64,000 nt of DNA from the human T2T-CHM13v2.0 reference genome, Homo sapiens. A program made the position numbers and the translations under genes. Where the stretch lies: NCBI RefSeq assembly GCF_009914755.1, contig NC_060948.1. One strand, given 5' to 3'. The stretch's first letter is position 1. Every line of letters starts with the position of its first letter. Positions 43,601-58,400 of this stretch are shown here, piece after piece. Below the pieces are notes generated by a model that was not told the DNA's origin, searched no databases, and saw only the letters and a list, made by a program, of their open reading frames with translations.

Positions 43601-46490
43601 AAGGATTCGAATGGAATGCAATCGAATGGAATGGAATCGAACGGAATGGAATAAAATGGAAGAAAACTGGCAAGAAATGGAATCGAAATGAATGGAGTGT
43701 TATGGAACGGACTCAAAAGGAATTGAATGTAATAGAATGGAGTGGAGTGGACTCGAATATAATGGACTGGAATGGAATGAAATCACATGGAATGGGAACG
43801 AATGGAATGGAATGGAAAGGAATGGAATCGAATGGAAAGGAATCGAATGGAAGGGAATGAAATTGAATCAACAGGAATGGAAGGGAATAGAATAGACGGT
43901 AATGGAATGGACTCGAATAGAATGGACACAAATGCTCAAATTGAATGGACTCGAATGGAATGGAAACGAAAGGAATGTCATCGAATGGAATTGAATCGAT
44001 TGGAATGAAATAGCATAGAATGGAGTGGAATCAAATGGAATTGAATCGAAAGGAAAGGAAGCGAATGGACTGAAATGAAATGGAATGGAATTGAATGGAA
44101 AGTTATGTAATGGAATAGAATGGAACGAAATTTCACGGAATGCAATCAAACTGAATGGAATCAAATCAATGGAATCAAATCAAATGGAATGGAAAGGAAT
44201 TGAATGGAGTAGATTGGATTGGATGGGATTGGAATGAAATGTAGTGGAAAGGACTCGAATTTCATGAAACGGAATGGAATGAATTGGAACGGAACGGACT
44301 CGAATGGAATGGAATGTCATGGAATGGCATCAAATGGAATGGCATCAAATGGAATGGAATCCAATGCAATGGAGTGCTATGGAATGGAATGGAATGCATT
44401 GGAATGGAATGTCCTCTAATGGAATGGATTCGAGTGGAATGGAATCGAATATAATGGAGTCGAATGAAATGGAATTGAAAGGAATGGGATCGAATACAAT
44501 GGAATATACTGGAATGTAATGTAATGAACTCGAATGTAATTGACTGGAATGGAATGTATATGAATGGAATGTAATTGAATGGAAAGTAATCCAATGGAAT
44601 AGAATCTAATGCAATAAAATCGACTCAGATAGAGTAGAATGTAATGGAATGGAGTGCAGTGCAATGGAATGGAATGGAATGGAATGCAATGGAATGGAAT
44701 GGAATGGAATGGAATGGGATGGAATGGTGTGGAATGGATAGTAATGGACTGGAGTGAAATGGACTGGAAAGGAATGGCCTCAAATTGAAAGGGCTCGAAA
44801 GGAATGGAGTCAAATGGAATGGTCTGGAATGGAATGAACACGAATGTAATGCAATCCAATAGAATGGAATCGAATGGCATGGAATATAAAGAAATGGAAT
44901 CGAAGAGAATGGAAACAAATGGAATGGAATTGAATGGAATGGAATTGAATGGAATGGGAACGAATGGAGTGAAATTGTATGCAGTAGAAGAGAATAGAAT
45001 GGAATGCAAGCGAAAGGAAAGGAATGGATTGGAATGGAATGGAATTCATTGGAATGGAAGGGAATGTAGTGTAATGGACAGGCCTGGAATAAAGTGGAAT
45101 GCTACGGTCTCGAATGGAATAAAAATGTATGGAATGGAATGCAATGAAACGGAATCGAATGTCATAGAATGTAATGGAATGCAAAAAAATGGAATCCAAA
45201 ATCATTGACTGGAAAGGCTGGGTGTCGAAAGGAATTGACTCCAATGGAATGGAATCGAATGGAATGGAAGTGAATAGAATCGAACTAAATCGAATGGAAT
45301 GGAATTGATAGGAACGGAATGGAAAGGAATGCAATGATTTGGCATGGAATGCAATCGAATGGCATCGAATGGAATGGAATGGAATGCAATGGAATGGAAT
45401 GTATTAGAATGTAATGAACTTTAATGGTATGTACTCGAATGGATTCGACTGGAATGGAATGTTCTGGAAGTGAATGGACTCCAATGGAATGGATTCCAAA
45501 GGAATGGAATCGTACGGAATGGAATCTAATGGAATGGAATTAAATGGAAATGAATCAAATTGAATAGCACGGAATTGAATTGAATGGAATGGAATGCAAT
45601 GGAATCTAATGAAACGGAAAGGAAAGGAATGGAATGGAATGGAATGGGCTGGAATGGAAAGGAATCGAAACGAATGGAATGGAATCGAAGTGAAGAGACT
45701 GGAATGGAATGCACTGGAATGGAAGGGAGTGTAATGGAAGGTTCTCGAAAAAAATGGAATCGAATGGAATGGAATTGAATGGAACGGAATAGAGTCGAAT
45801 GGAATTGAATGGAATGGAATGGACTAGAGTGAAATGGAATCGAACCACAAGGAATGGACAGGAATAGAATGGTCTCGAATTGAATGGAATCGTATGGAAT
45901 GGCATCAAACGGAATGGAATGGACAGCCACGGAATGGAATGCACTCGAATGCAATGGAGTCGAAACTAATGGACTGGAATAGAATGGACTCGACTGGTAC
46001 GGACTCCAATGGAATGGAATCGAATGGAAGGGAATCGAACGGAATGGACTCGAAGGGAAAAGACTGCAATGGAGAGGTCTCGAATGGAATGGAAATTAAT
46101 GGAATGGAATGGAATCGAATGAAATGGAGTCAAAAGGAATGGAATCGAATGGCAAGAAATCGAATGTAATGGAATCGCAAGGAATTGATGTGAACGGAAC
46201 GGAATGGAATGGAATCCAAAGGAATGGAATAGAATGGAATGGAATCGAATGGAAAGGACTCGAATGGAAATCACTCGAATAGAATGCAATTTAATAAAAT
46301 AGGATCAAATGTAATGGAATGGAATGGAAAGGAATCGAAACGAAAGGAATGGAGACAGATGGAATGGAATGGAACAGAGAGCAATGGTATAGAATGGAAT
46401 GGAATCATCTGGAATGGAATTGAATGGAATGGAATAACATGAAATGGACTGGAATGGAATGGAATGCCCTTGAATTAAATGGACTGGAAT
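28700..46490 (+). repeat. Higher-order repeat block, copy 1 (5 DYZ1 units, about 17.8 kb)
   Basis: Private variants recur downstream in the same order at offsets of 17,763 bp (atgctgtagt, gtcctcaaat, tctaaagcaat) and 14,204-14,209 bp (1-bp deletions near 36236 and 38630; ggcctcaaa). Boundaries are approximate. Confidence 0.8.
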
Positions 46491-49400
46491 GGAATGGACT
46501 CGAACAGAGTGGAATGGAAAGTGTTGAGATAGAATGGAATGGACTCCTTTGGAATGCTGTAGTATGCAATGCAATCGACTGGCAGGGAATCAAAAGGAAT
46601 GTAATCGAATGGATTGGACTGGAATGCAATGGACTCGAATAGATTGGAAACGGAATGCAAAGGAATGGAATGGAATAGTATGGAATGGAATGGAAAGGAA
46701 TGGAGTGGAATAGACTAGAGTGGAATGGAATGGACTGGAAAGCAATGGACTGGAATGGAACTTTCTTGAATGGACTGGAATCAAACGGAATGGAATGCAA
46801 TGCAATCAAATGGCATGGAATAAAATAGAATGAAAGAGAATCAAATGGAATTGAATCAAATGGAATCGAATGGATTGGAAAGGAATAGAATGGAATGGAA
46901 TGGAATTGACTCAAATGGAATGGACTAGAATGCAATGGATTCGAATGGAAGGCAAAGGAATGGAATCTATTGGAATGGACTGTAATGGAATGGAATGGAA
47001 GGGATTGGAATGGACTCGAATGGAATGGACTGCAATAGAAAGGATTCGAATGGAATGAAAAAGAATTGAATGGAATAGAACAGAATGGAATCAAATCGAA
47101 TGAAATGGAATGGAATAGAAAGGAATGGAATGAAATGGAATGGAAAGGATTCGAATGGAATGCAATCGAATGGAATGGAATCGAACGGAATGGAATAAAA
47201 TGGAAGAAAACTGGCAAGAAATGGAATCGAAATGAATGGAGTGTTATGGAACAGACTCAAAAGGAATTGAATGTAATAGAATGGAGTGGAGTGGACTCGA
47301 ATATAATGGACTGGAATGGAATGAAATCACATGGAATGGGAACGAATGGAATGGAATGGAAAGGAATGGAATCGAATGGAAAGGAATCGAATGGAAGGGA
47401 ATGAAATTGAATCAACAAGAATGGAAGGGAATAGAATAGACGGTAATGGAATGGACTCGAATAGAATGGACACGAATGCTCAAATTGAATGGACTCGAAT
47501 GGAATGGAAACGAAAGGAATGTCATCGAATGGAATTGAATCGATTGGAATGAAATCGCATAGAATGGAGTGGAATCAAATGGAATTGAATCGAAAGGAAA
47601 GGAAGCGAATGGACTGAAATGAAATGGAATGGAATTGAATGGAAAGTAATGCAATGGAATAGAATGGAACGAAATTTCACGGAATGGAATCAAACTGAAT
47701 GGAATCAAATCAATGGAATCTAATCAAATGGAATGGAAAGGAATTGAATGGAGTAGATTGGATTGGATGGGATTGGAATGAAATGTACTGGAAAGGACTC
47801 GAATTTCATGAAACGGAATGGAATGAATTGGAACGGAACGGACTCGAATGGAATGGAATGTCATGGAATGGCATCAAATGGAATGGCATCAAATGGAATG
47901 GAATCGAATGCAATGGAATGCTATGGAATGGAATGGAATGCATTGGAATGGAATGTCCTCAAATGGAATGGATTCGAGTGGAATGGAATCGAATATAATG
48001 GAGTCGAATGAAATGGAATTGAAAGGAATGGGATCGAATAGAATGGAATATACTGAAATGTAATGTAATGAACTCGAATGTAATTGACTGGAATGGAATG
48101 TACATGAATGGAATGTAATCGAATGGAAAGTAATCCAATGGAATAGAATCTAAAGCAATAAAACCGACTCAGATAGAGTAGAATGTAATGGAATGGAGTG
48201 CAGTGCAATGGAATGGAATGGAATTGAATGCAATGGAATGGAATGGAATGGAATGGAATGGAATGGAATGGGATGGAATGGTATGGAATGGATAGTAATG
48301 GACTGGAGTGAACTGGACTGGAAAGGAATGGACTCAAATTGAAAGGGCTCGAAAGGAATGGAGTCAAATGGAATGGTCTGGAATGGAATGAAAACGAATG
48401 TAATGCAATCCAATAGAATGGAAACGAAAGGCATGGAATATAAAGAAATGGAATCGAAGAGAATGGAAACAAATGGAATGGAATTGAATGGAATGGAATT
48501 GAATGGAATGGGAACGAATGGAGTGAAATTGTATGCAGTAGAAGGGAATAGAATGGAATGCAAGCGAAAGGAAAGGAATGGATTGGAATGGAATGGAATT
48601 CATTGGAATGGAAGGGAATGTAGTGTAATGGACAGGCCTGGAATAAAGTGGAATGCTACGGTCTCGAATGGAATAAAAATGTATGGAATGGAATGCAATG
48701 AAACGGAATCGAATGTCATAGAATGTAATGGAATGCAAAAAAATGGAATCCAAAATCATTGACTGGAAAGGCTGGGTGTCGAAAGGAATTGACTCCAATG
48801 GAATGGAATCGAATGGAATGGAAGTGAATAGAATCGAACTAAATCGAATGGAATGGAATTGATAGGAACGGAATGGAAAGGAATGCAATGATTTGGCATG
48901 GAATGGAATCGAATGGCATCGAATGGAATGGAATGGAATGCAATGGAATGGAATGTATTAGAATGTAATGAACTTTAATGGAATGTACTCGAATGGATTC
49001 GACTGGAATGGAATGTTCTGGAAGTGAATGGACTCCAATGGAATGGATTCAAAAGGAATGGAATCGTACGGAATGGAATCTAATGGAATGGAATTAAATG
49101 GAAATGAATCAAATTGAATAGCACGGAATTGAATTGAATGGAATGGAATGCAATGGAATCTAATGAAACGGAAAGGAAAGGAATGCAATGGAATGGAATG
49201 GGCTGGAATGGAAAGGAATCGAAACGAATGGAATGGAATCGAACTGAAGAGACTGGAATGGAATGCACTGGAATGGAAGGGAGTGTAATGGAAGGTTCTC
49301 GAAAAAAATGGAATCGAATGGAATGGAATTGAATGGAACGGAATAGAGTCGAATGGAATTGAATGGAATGGAATGGACTAGAGTGAAATGGAATCGAACC

Positions 49401-52400
49401 ACAAGGAATGGACAGGAATAGAATGGTCTCGAATTGAATGGAATCGTATGGAATGGCATCAAACGGAATGGAATGGACAGCCACGGAATGGAATGCACTC
49501 GAATGCAATGGAGTCGAAACTAATGGACTGGAATAGAATGGACTCGACTGGTACGGACTCCAATGGAAGGGAATCGAATGGAAGGGAATCGAACGGAATG
49601 GACTCGAAGGGAAAAGACTGCAATGGAAAGGTCTCGAATGGAATGGAAATTAATGGAATGGAATGGAATCGAATGAAATGGAGTCAAAAGGAATGGAATC
49701 GAATGGCAAGAAATCGAATGTAATGGAATCGCAAGGAATTGATGTGAACGGAACGGAATGGAATGGAATCCAAAGGAATGGAATAGAATGGAATGGAATC
49801 GAATGGAAAGGACTCGAATGGAAATCACTCGAATAGAATGCAATTTAATAAAATAGGATCAAATGTAATGGAATGGAATGGAAAGGAATCGAAACGAAAG
49901 GAATGGAGACAGATGGAATGGAATGGAACAGAGAGCAATGGTATAGAATGGAATGGAATCATCTGGAATGGAATTGAATGGAATGGAATAATATGAAATG
50001 GAATGGAATGGAATGGAATGGAATGCCCTTGAATTAAATGGACTGGAATGGAATGGACTCGAACAGAGTGGAATGGAAAGTGTTGAGATAGAATGGAATG
50101 GACTCCTTTGGAATGGTGTAGTATGCAATGCAATCGACTGGCAGGGAATCAAAAGGAATGTAATCGAATGGATTGGACTGGAATGCAATGGACTCGAATA
50201 GATTGCAAACGGAATGCAAAGGAATGGAATGGAATAGTATGGAATGGAATGGAAAGGAATGGAGTGGAATAGACTAGAGTGGAATGGAATGGACTGGAAA
50301 GCAATGGACTGGAATGGAACTTTCTTGAATGGACTGGAATCAAACGGAATGGAATGCAATGCAATCAAATGGCATGGAATAAAATAGAATGAAAGAGAAT
50401 CAAATGGAATTGAATCGAATGGAATCGAATGGATTGGAAAGAATAGAATGTAATGGAATGGAATTGACTCAAATGGAATGGACTAGAATGGAATGGATTC
50501 GAATGGAAGGCAAAGGAATGGAATCTATTGGAATGGACTGTAATGGAATGGAATGGAAGGGATTGGAATGGACTCAAATGGAATGGACTGCAATAGAAAG
50601 GATTCGAATGGAATGAAAAAGAATTGAATGGAATAGAACAGAATGGAATCAAATCGAATGAAATGGAATGGAATAGAAAGGAATGGAATGAAATGGAATG
50701 GAAAGGATTCGAATGGAATGCAATCGAATGGAATGGAATCGAACGGAATGGAATAAAATGGAAGAAAACTGGCAAGAAATGGAATCGAAATGAATGGAGT
50801 GTTATGGAACGGACTCAAAAGGAATTGAATGTAATAGAATGGAGTGGAGTGGACTCGAATATAATGGACTGGAATGGAATGAAATCACATGGAATGGGAA
50901 CGAATGGAATGGAATGGAAAGGAATGGAATCGAATGGAAAGGAATCGAATGGAAGGGAATGAAATTGAATCAACAGGAATGGAAGGGAATAGAATAGACG
51001 GTAATGGAATGGACTCGAATAGAATGGACACGAATGCTCAAATTGAATGGACTCGAATGGAATGGAAACGAAAGGAATGTCATCGAATGGAATTGAATCG
51101 ATTGGAATGAAATCGCATAGAATGGAGTGGAATCAAATGGAATTGAATCGAAAGGAAAGGAAGCGAATGGACTGAAATGAAATGGAATGGAATTGAATGG
51201 AAAGTTATGTAATAGAATAGAATGGAACGAAATTTCACGGAATGGAATCAAACTGAATGGAATCAAATCAATGGAATCAAATCAAATGGAATGGAAAGGA
51301 ATTGAATGGAGTAGATTGGATTGGATGGGATTGGAATGAAATGTACTGGAAAGGACTCGAATTTCATGAAACGGAATGCAATGAATTGGAACGGAACGGA
51401 CTCGAATGGAATGGAATGTCATGGAATGGCATCAAATGGAATGGCATCAAATGGAATGGAATCGAATGCAATGGAATGCTATGGAATGGAATGGAATGCA
51501 TTGGAATGGAATGTCCTCTAATGGAATGGATTCGAGTGGAATGGAATCGAATATAATGGAGTCGAATGAAATGGAATTGAAAGGAATGGGATCGAATACA
51601 ATGCAATATACTGGAATGTAATGTAATGAACTCGAATGTAATTGACTGGAATGGAATGTACATGAATGGAATGTAATCGAATGGAAAGTAATCCAATGGA
51701 ATAGAATCTAATGCAATAAAATCGACTCAGATAGAGTAGAATGTAATGGAATGGAGTGCAGTGCCATGGAATGGAATGGAATGGAATGGAATGGAATGGA
51801 ATGGAATGCAATGGAATGGAATGGAATGGAATGGAATGGGATGGAATGGTGTGGAATGGATAGTAATGGACTGGAGTGAAATGGACTGGAAAGGAATGGA
51901 CTCAAATTGAAAGGGCTCGAAAGGAATGGAGTCAAATGGAATGGTCTGGAATGGAATGAACACGAATGTAATGCAATCCAATAGAATGGAATCGAATGGC
52001 ATGGAATATAAAGAAATGGAATCGAAGAGAATGGAAACAAATGGAATGGAATTGAATGGAATGGAATTGAATGGAATGGGAACGAATGGAGTGAAATTGT
52101 ATGCAGTAGAAGAGAATAGAATGGAATGCAAGCGAAAGGAAAGGAATGGATTGGAATGGAATGGAATTCATTGGAATGGAAGGGAATGTAGTGTAATGGA
52201 CAGGCCTGGAATAAAGTGGAATGCTACGGTCTCGAATGGAATAAAAATGTATGGAATGGAATGCAATGAAACGGAATCGAATGTCATAGAATGTAATGGA
52301 ATGCAACAAAATGGAATCCAAAATCATTGACTGGAAAGGCTGGGTGTCGAAAGGAATTGACTCCAATGGAATGGAATCGAATGGAATGGAAGAGAATAGA

Positions 52401-55400
52401 ATCGAACTAAATCGAATGGAATGGAATTGATAGGAACGGAATGGAAAGGAATGCAATGATTTGGCATGGAATGGAATCGAATGGCATCGAATGGAATGGA
52501 ATGGAATGCAATGGAATGGAATGTATTAGAATGTAATGAACTTTAATGGAATGTACTCGAATGGAATCGACTGGAATGGAATGTTCTGGAAGTGAATGGA
52601 CTCCAATGGAATGGATTCAAAAGGAATGGAATCGTACGGAATGGAATCTAATGGAATGGAATTAAATGGAAATGAATCAAACTGAATAGAACGGAATTTA
52701 ATTGAATGGAATCGAATGCAATGGAATCTAATGAAACGGAAAGGAAAGGAATGGAATGGAATGGAATGGGCTGGAATGGAAAGGAATCGAAACGAATGGA
52801 ATGGAATCGAACTGAAGAGACTGGAATGGAATGCACTGGATGGAAGGGAGTGTAATGGAAGGTTCTCGAAAAAAATGGAATCGAATGGAATGGAATTGAA
52901 TGGAACGGAATAGAGTCGAATGGAATTGAATGGAATGGAATGGACTAGAGTGAAATGGAATCGAACCACAAGGAATGGACAGGAATAGAATGGTCTCGAA
53001 TTGAATGGAATCGTATGGAATGGCATCAAACGGAATGGAATGGACAGCCACGGAATGGAATGCACTCGAATGCAATGGAGTCGAAACTAATGGACTGGAA
53101 TAGAATGGACTCGACTGGTACGGACTCCAATGGAATGGAATCGAATGGAAGGGAATCGAACGGAATGGACTCGAAGGGAAAAGACTGCAATGGAGAGGTC
53201 TCGAATGGAATGGAAATTAATGGAATGGAATGGAATCGAATGAAATGGAGTCAAAAGGAATGGAATCGAATGGCAAGAAATCGAATGTAATGGAATCGCA
53301 AGGAATTGATGTGAACGGAACGGAATGGAATGGAATCCAAAGGAATGGAATAGAATGGAATGGAATCGAATGGAAAGGACTCGAATGGAAATCACTCGAA
53401 TAGAATGCAATTTAATAAAATAGGATCAAATGTAATGGAATGGAATGGAAAGGAATCGAAACGAAAGGAATGGAGACAGATGGAATGGAATGGAACAGAG
53501 AGCAATGGTATAGAATGGAATGGAATCATCTGGAATGGAATTGAATGGAATGGAATAACATGAAATGGACTGGAATGGAATGGAATGCCCTTGAATTAAA
53601 TGGACTGGAATGGAATGGACTCGAACAGAGTGGAATGGAAAGTGTTGAAATAGAATGGAATGGACTGGTTTGGAATGGTCTAGTATGCAATGCAATCGAC
53701 TGGCAGGGAATCAAAAGGAATGTAATCGAATGGATTGGACTGGAATGCAATGGACTCGAATAGATTGGAAACGGAATGCAAAGGAATGGAATGGAATAGT
53801 ATGGAATGGAATGGAAAGGAATGGAGTGGAATAGACTAGAGTGGAATGGAATGGACTCGAAAGCAATGGACTGGAATGGAACTTTCTTGAATGGACTGGA
53901 ATCAAACGGAATGGAATGCAATGCAATCAAATGGCATGGAATAAAATAGAATGAAAGAGAATCAAATGGAATTGAATCGAATGGAATCGAATGGATTGGA
54001 AAGGAATAGAATGGAATGGAATGGAATTGACTCAAATGGAATGGACTAGAATGGAATGGATTCGAATGGAAGGCAAAGGAATGGAATCTATTGGAATGGA
54101 CTGTAATGGAATGGAATGGAAGGGATTGGAATGGACTCGAATGGAATGGACTGCAATAGAAAGGATTCGAATGGAATGAAAAAGAATTGAATGGAATAGA
54201 ACAGAATGGAATCAAATCGAATGAAATGGAATGGAATAGAAAGGAATGGAATGAAATGGAATGGAAAGGATTCGAATGGAATGCAATCGAATGGAATGGA
54301 ATCGAACGGAATGGAATAAAATGGAAGAAAACTGGCAAGAAATGGAATCGAAATGAATGGAGTGTTATGGAACGGACTCAAAAGGAATTGAATGTAATAG
54401 AATGGAGTGGAGTGGACTCGAATATAATGGACTGGAATGGAATGAAATCACATGGAATGGGAACGAATGGAATGGAATGGAAAGGAATGGAATCGAATGG
54501 AAAGGAATCGAATGGAAGGGAATGAAATTGAATCAACAGGAATGGAAGGGAATAGAATAGACGGTAATGGAATGGACTCGAATAGAATGGACACAAATGC
54601 TCAAATTGAATGGACTCGAATGGAATGGAAACGAAAGGAATGTCATCGAATGGAATTGAATCGATTGGAATGAAATAGCATAGAATGGAGTGGAATCAAA
54701 TGGAATTGAATCGAAAGGAAAGGAAGCGAATGGACTGAAATGAAATGGAATGGAATTGAATGGAAAGTTATGTAATGGAATAGAATGGAACGAAATTTCA
54801 CGGAATGCAATCAAACTGAATGGAATCAAATCAATGGAATCAAATCAAATGGAATGGAAAGGAATTGAATGGAGTAGATTGGATTGGATGGGATTGGAAT
54901 GAAATGTACTGGAAAGGACTCGAATTTCATGAAACGGAATGGAATGAATTGGAACGGAACGGACTCGAATGGAATGGAATGTCATGGAATGGCATCAAAT
55001 GGAATGGCATCAAATGGAATGGAATCCAATGCAATGGAGTGCTATGGAATGGAATGGAATGCATTGGAATGGAATGTCCTCTAATGGAATGGATTCGAGT
55101 GGAATGGAATCGAATATAATGGAGTCGAATGAAATGGAATTGAAAGGAATGGGATCGAATACAATGGAATATACTGGAATGTAATGTAATGAACTCGAAT
55201 GTAATTGACTGGAATGGAATGTATATGAATGGAATGTAATTGAATGGAAAGTAATCCAATGGAATAGAATCTAATGCAATAAAATCGACTCAGATAGAGT
55301 AGAATGTAATGGAATGGAGTGCAGTGCAATGGAATGGAATGGAATGGAATGCAATGGAATGGAATGGAATGGAATGGAATGGGATGGAATGGTGTGGAAT

Positions 55401-58400
55401 GGATAGTAATGGACTGGAGTGAAATGGACTGGAAAGGAATGGCCTCAAATTGAAAGGGCTCGAAAGGAATGGAGTCAAATGGAATGGTCTGGAATGGAAT
55501 GAACACGAATGTAATGCAATCCAATAGAATGGAATCGAATGGCATGGAATATAAAGAAATGGAATCGAAGAGAATGGAAACAAATGGAATGGAATTGAAT
55601 GGAATGGAATTGAATGGAATGGGAACGAATGGAGTGAAATTGTATGCAGTAGAAGAGAATAGAATGGAATGCAAGCGAAAGGAAAGGAATGGATTGGAAT
55701 GGAATGGAATTCATTGGAATGGAAGGGAATGTAGTGTAATGGACAGGCCTGGAATAAAGTGGAATGCTACGGTCTCGAATGGAATAAAAATGTATGGAAT
55801 GGAATGCAATGAAACGGAATCGAATGTCATAGAATGTAATGGAATGCAAAAAAATGGAATCCAAAATCATTGACTGGAAAGGCTGGGTGTCGAAAGGAAT
55901 TGACTCCAATGGAATGGAATCGAATGGAATGGAAGTGAATAGAATCGAACTAAATCGAAAGGAATGGAATTGATAGGAACGGAATGGAAAGGAATGCAAT
56001 GATTTGGCATGGAATGCAATCGAATGGCATCGAATGGAATGGAATGGAATGCAATGGAATGGAATGTATTAGAATGTAATGAACTTTAATGGTATGTACT
56101 CGAATGGATTCGACTGGAATGGAATGTTCTGGAAGTGAATGGACTCCAATGGAATGGATTCAAAAGGAATGGAATCGTACGGAATGGAATCTAATGGAAT
56201 GGAATTAAATGGAAATGAATCAAATTGAATAGCACGGAATTGAATTGAATGGAATCAAATGCAATGGAATCTAATGAAACGGAAAGGAAAGGAATGGAAT
56301 GGAATGGAATGGGCTGGAATGGAAAGGAATCGAAACGAATGGAATGGAATCGAACTGAAGAGACTGGAATGGAATGCACTGGAATGGAAGGGAGTGTAAT
56401 GGAAGGTTCTCGAAAAAAATGGAATCGAATGGAATGGAATTGAATGGAACGGAATAGAGTCGAATGGAATTGAATGGAATGGAATGGACTAGAGTGAAAT
56501 GGAATCGAACCACAAGGAATGGACAGGAATAGAATGGTCTCGAATTGAATGGAATCGTATGGAATGGCATCAAACGGAATGGAATGGACAGCCACGGAAT
56601 GGAATGCACTCGAATGCAATGGAGTCGAAACTAATGGACTGGAATAGAATGGACTCGACTGGTACGGACTCCAATGGAATGGAATCGAATGGAAGGGAAT
56701 CGAACGGAATGGACTCGAAGGGAAAAGACTGCAATGGAGAGGTCTCGAATGGAATGGAAATTAATGGAATGGAATGGAATCGAATGAAATGGAGTCAAAA
56801 GGAATGGAATCGAATGGCAAGAAATCGAATGTAATGGAATCGCAAGGAATTGATGTGAACGGAACGGAATGGAATGGAATCCAAAGGAATGGAATAGAAT
56901 GGAATGGAATCGAATGGAAAGGACTCGAATGGAAATCACTCGAATAGAATGCAATTTAATAAAATAGGATCAAATGTAATGGAATGGAATGGAAAGGAAT
57001 CGAAACGAAAGGAATGGAGACAGATGGAATGGAATGGAACAGAGAGCAATGGTATAGAATGGAATGGAATCATCTGGAATGGAATTGAATGGAATGGAAT
57101 AACATGAAATGGACTGGAATGGAATGGAATGCCCTTGAATTAAATGGACTGGAATGGAATGGACTCGAACAGAGTGGAATGGAAAGTGTTGAAATAGAAT
57201 GGAATGGACTGGTTTGGAATGGTCTAGTATGCAATGCAATCGACTGGCAGGGAATCAAAAGGAATGTAATCGAATGGATTGGACTGGAATGCAATGGACT
57301 CGAATAGATTGGAAACGGAATGCAAAGGAATGGAATGGAATAGTATGGAATGGAATGGAAAGGAATGGAGTGGAATAGACTAGAGTGGAATGGAATGGAC
57401 TCGAAAGCAATGGACTGGAATGGAACTTTCTTGAATGGACTGGAATCAAACGGAATGGAATGCAATGCAATCAAATGGCATGGAATAAAATAGAATGAAA
57501 GAGAATCAAATGGAATTGAATCGAATGGAATCGAATGGATTGGAAAGGAATAGAATGGAATGGAATGGAATTGACTCAAATGGAATGGACTAGAATGGAA
57601 TGGATTCGAATGGAAGGCAAAGGAATGGAATCTATTGGAATGGACTGTAATGGAATGGAATGGAAGGGATTGGAATGGACTCGAATGGAATGGACTGCAA
57701 TAGAAAGGATTCGAATGGAATGAAAAAGAATTGAATGGAATAGAACAGAATGGAATCAAATCGAATGAAATGGAATGGAATAGAAAGGAATGGAATGAAA
57801 TGGAATGGAAAGGATTCGAATGGAATGCAATCGAATGGAATGGAATCGAACGGAATGGAATAAAATGGAAGAAAACTGGCAAGAAATGGAATCGAAATGA
57901 ATGGAGTGTTATGGAACGGACTCAAAAGGAATTGAATGTAATAGAATGGAGTGGAGTGGACTCGAATATAATGGACTGGAATGGAATGAAATCACATGGA
58001 ATGGGAACGAATGGAATGGAATGGAAAGGAATGGAATCGAATGGAAAGGAATCGAATGGAAGGGAATGAAATTGAATCAACAGGAATGGAAGGGAATAGA
58101 ATAGACGGTAATGGAATGGACTCGAATAGAATGGACACGAATGCTCAAATTGAATGGACTCGAATGGAATGGAAACGAAAGGAATGTCATCGAATGGAAT
58201 TGAATCGATTGGAATGAAATAGCATAGAATGGAGTGGAATCAAATGGAATTGAATCGAAAGGAAAGGAAGCGAATGGACTGAAATGAAATGGAATGGAAT
58301 TGAATGGAAAGTTATGTAATGGAATAGAATGGAACGAAATTTCACGGAATGCAATCAAACTGAATGGAATCAAATCAATGGAATCAAATCAAATGGAATG

